Shown here in pieces: positions 61,814-64,000 of a stretch of 64,000 bases of DNA (position 1 is the first letter of the stretch; each line of letters opens with the position of its first letter). The stretch comes from Spirochaetia bacterium. GTDB taxonomy: Bacteria > Spirochaetota > Spirochaetia > SP-2023. Location: NCBI GenBank assembly GCA_965263295.1, contig OZ253665.1, positions 320,001 to 384,000 of the forward strand. The letters run 5' to 3'. Under the pieces are notes generated by a model. That model was not told the DNA's origin. It was given only the letters and a program-made list of their open reading frames with translations, and did no database searches. The position numbers were made by a program, and so were the translations under genes.

Positions 61814-62584
61814 TTATATGGCCATGCCGCCATCGACAGGAATGACTTGCCCCGTCACATAGCTCGCTAGGTCGCTGGCTAAAAATAATACAATCCGGCT
61901 AACTTCTTCGGGCTGGCCCATTCGACCGAGTGGGATTTGCCCGAGAACTCCCGCGCGTTGCTTGTCGTTAAGTTTTTCTGTCATTGGGGTTGCGATAAAA
62001 CCTGGAGCGATGGCATTGACTCGCACACCGCGGCTGGCGAGTTCGCGCGCCACACTTTTGGTAAAACCGATCAAACCCGCTTTGGAAGCAGCGTAGTTAG
62101 CTTGTCCAGCGTTGCCAATCATACCGACGATTGAACTCATGTTGATGATGCAACCACTCTTTTTGAGCGCCATTGGGCGCGAGAGAGCTCGCGTCATGTA
62201 GAAGACACTGCTCAGGTTGACGTCGATAACGTCCTGCCATTGTTTGGTTTTCATGGCCAAAAGCAGGCCATCTCGGGTAATTCCAGCATTGTTGACCAGT
62301 ATGTCGATATGGCCCAATTGATCGGCGATCTGCTTGAGCAGTTCGCTCACTGTAGCTTCGTCGGCAACATTGCCTTCCAGGCCCTGCAGATGGACGTCAC
62401 TCTGCAGGGCGAGTTGTTCCATTTCGCTGTGTTCGGGGGAAAGGGAGTTGCTGATGTAAGCCACGTCAGCTCCTGCCTGCAGTAGCGTCTTGACGATATC
62501 TTTGCCGATGCCACGGCCACCGCCAGTTACCAGGGCCTTCTTGCCCTCTAAGGAGATTAAGTTACTTATTTTTTGATTTGGCAT
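61814..62584 (-). CDS. fabG: 3-oxoacyl-ACP reductase
   Basis: VTGGGRGIG, LVNNAGITRD, NYAASKAG and NAIAPGFI. Confidence 0.97.
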   Translation of the reverse strand: MPNQKISNLISLEGKKALVTGGGRGIGKDIVKTLLQAGADVAYISNSLSPEHSEMEQLALQSDVHLQGLEGNVADEATVSELLKQIADQLGHIDILVNNAGITRDGLLLAMKTKQWQDVIDVNLSSVFYMTRALSRPMALKKSGCIINMSSIVGMIGNAGQANYAASKAGLIGFTKSVARELASRGVRVNAIAPGFIATPMTEKLNDKQRAGVLGQIPLGRMGQPEEVSRIVLFLASDLASYVTGQVIPVDGGMAI

Positions 62585-62623
62585 ATTTACCTCATAATCT
62601 TTTTAGATTTATATAAACAAAAA

Positions 62624-63622
62624 TTACCAGCGGATCAAGTTGCCCCCATACGTCAGGCCAGAACCGAAGCCGACACACAGGACCAGATCGCCTTTCTTCA
62701 GCATGTTTTCTTCCTGCATTTTGCAGAGCGCGATCGGAATTGAAGCGGAAGATGTATTGGCGTAAGACGCAATATTTAGGTAAAAGCGCTCCAGGGGGAT
62801 ATTTTCTCGTTTGGCTACAGCCTGGATTATGCGTTTGTTGGCTTGATGTGGCACAATGTGGGCAATGTCATCTATGGACAGATTGTTGCGCTTCAGCAGG
62901 GCATTGATGATTTCTTGGTTGGCTCCGACGGCAAAGTTGTAGACAGCGCGACCATCCATTTCGAGTTTGTTGCGGATCTTTGCCTGCCCTGGCTGGACGG
63001 GGCTGCGGCTCCCGCCATCGGGGACTTGCAGGGCCGAATTTCCTTTGCCGTCGGCACGCAGGACAGAGTCGAGAATTGTGCCGCCTTCTGTCGCCGTCGA
63101 ACTCAATGTTGCGGCGCCAGCGCCGTCGCCGAGCAAAACCGCCGTGGAGCGGTCGCCCCAATTGGTGACGGCAGAAAGTTTTTCGGCAGCTATGACGAGG
63201 GCATGGCGGCAGGAGCGATCGCCGAGCAGCATGGCTTTGGCAATTTGTAGACCGTAAACAAAACCGGAACAGGCGGCCATGACATCAAAGGCGGCGGCTT
63301 TGCCGCAGTTAAGTTGTTCTTGCACCACACACGCCGTCGAAGGGAAGCCGTAGTAATCTGGCGCCGAGCTCGAAAGTATGATCAAGTCAATCTCGTCAGC
63401 CGATAAATTTGCCCGTTTTAAGGCCTTTTGGGCGGCTAGGGTGCCAAGGTCGGAAGACGCTTGTTCATCGGTGGCGATATGACGCTGCCGGATGCCGGTA
63501 TGTGAGACGATCCATTCGTCAGAAGTATCGATGTGCCGACTTAGCTCTTCATTACTGATCGTGCGCTCCGGGACGTAATAATCGACAGCTGTGATACGGA
63601 TGCTTTGGTCTAACGATGACAT
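62624..63622 (-). CDS. fabH: 3-oxoacyl-ACP synthase III
   Basis: TSDEWI..HTGI, AACSGF, HQANKRI, NTSSASIP and GFGSGLTYGG; start moved to ATG 63622 (AAGGAG RBS). Confidence 0.96.
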   Translation of the reverse strand: MSSLDQSIRITAVDYYVPERTISNEELSRHIDTSDEWIVSHTGIRQRHIATDEQASSDLGTLAAQKALKRANLSADEIDLIILSSSAPDYYGFPSTACVVQEQLNCGKAAAFDVMAACSGFVYGLQIAKAMLLGDRSCRHALVIAAEKLSAVTNWGDRSTAVLLGDGAGAATLSSTATEGGTILDSVLRADGKGNSALQVPDGGSRSPVQPGQAKIRNKLEMDGRAVYNFAVGANQEIINALLKRNNLSIDDIAHIVPHQANKRIIQAVAKRENIPLERFYLNIASYANTSSASIPIALCKMQEENMLKKGDLVLCVGFGSGLTYGGNLIRW

Positions 63623-63943
63623 AAATAATCTCCTTATTTCTGTCGGGCTGTCCAGTTTAGCCAAAGGCAGATATGTACAGCCGTTTCCTTGCAATCGTTA
63701 TTTTGTGCCCACATGCTCTGAGCGGCTCTCTAGCGCTTGATACGCTGAGTATACAAAAGCGATGAATAATACAAAATTGATCCTATGCCTCTCAATTCCC
63801 CAGATATTAACGGTTTTATTTGGAGAAAGTCAATAATGACGTTTCCTGTAATTCCGTCAAATAAAATAACGTATTTTTTAGGGCAGGTCTACTGTGACCT
63901 GTGATTTTCTGGGACTCGTGATTTTCTGGTCCTGGCTTGTTCG

Positions 63944-64000
63944 TCATTGTTTACCCCATTGCAGCAAGGTGCCCGCATAAGTCAGGCCAGCGCCAAAGCC
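63944..64000 (-). CDS. fabH: 3' end of a second KAS III/FabH-family gene (truncated by the window edge)
   Basis: Minus-strand translation GFGAGLTYAGTLLQWGKQ* matches the C-terminal FabH motif of the adjacent gene (GFGSGLTYGGNLIRW). Confidence 0.85.
   Translation of the reverse strand, partial: GFGAGLTYAGTLLQWGKQ

Noticed and set aside
23253..63694. Extended ORF-track starts for feoA, GH63-like, BMP, rplK, rplA, rplJ, 55295-56167 and fabH
   Set aside because: Downstream starts give better RBS placement, match family N-termini or avoid overlaps.

Overview
The window is 64 kb of mostly core chromosome from a spirochaete (Spirochaetota). The assignment rests on a FlcA-like flagellar collar protein, a BMP/TmpC-type lipoprotein, a PUR/DUF3276 protein, a spirochaete-type UDPGP and the Asn substitution in the RpoB rifampicin cluster. 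Gene content in order: nfeD-SPFH; dapF-dapL-ogt; eno; a minus-strand PilZ / cNMP-PH / PUR / UDPGP group; feoA-feoB-small Cys protein-flgF-flgG-flcA-TPR-lnt; GH63-like gene plus yggT; mazG; an orphan lipoprotein; prs plus an FGGY kinase; PFOR; tRNA-Leu; a BMP lipoprotein; tRNA-Thr-rpmG-tRNA-Trp-secE-nusG-rplKAJL-rpoBC; MATE; a repeat-rich SPOR protein; and a long minus-strand run (partial second fabH, fabH, fabG, fabF, fabZ, fabV, tetR, rlmE, argF, membrane protein, DndA-like cysteine desulfurase, ridA, hisS). I found no transposase, integrase, prophage, CRISPR array or rRNA. The most notable signals are: (1) a DapF with both catalytic Cys replaced by Ser, in an operon with DapL; (2) an orphan DndA-like desulfurase with no dndBCDE, next to ridA; (3) a bacterial PUR protein with apparently two tandem PUR repeats, beside a degenerate cNMP-PH membrane protein and a PilZ receptor; (4) a GH63/GH37-like protein with both catalytic carboxylates apparently changed to Gln; (5) a 64-bp near-perfect palindrome; (6) Fur-like boxes at both feo and PFOR. 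All family calls come from motif recognition by eye; no database search was run.
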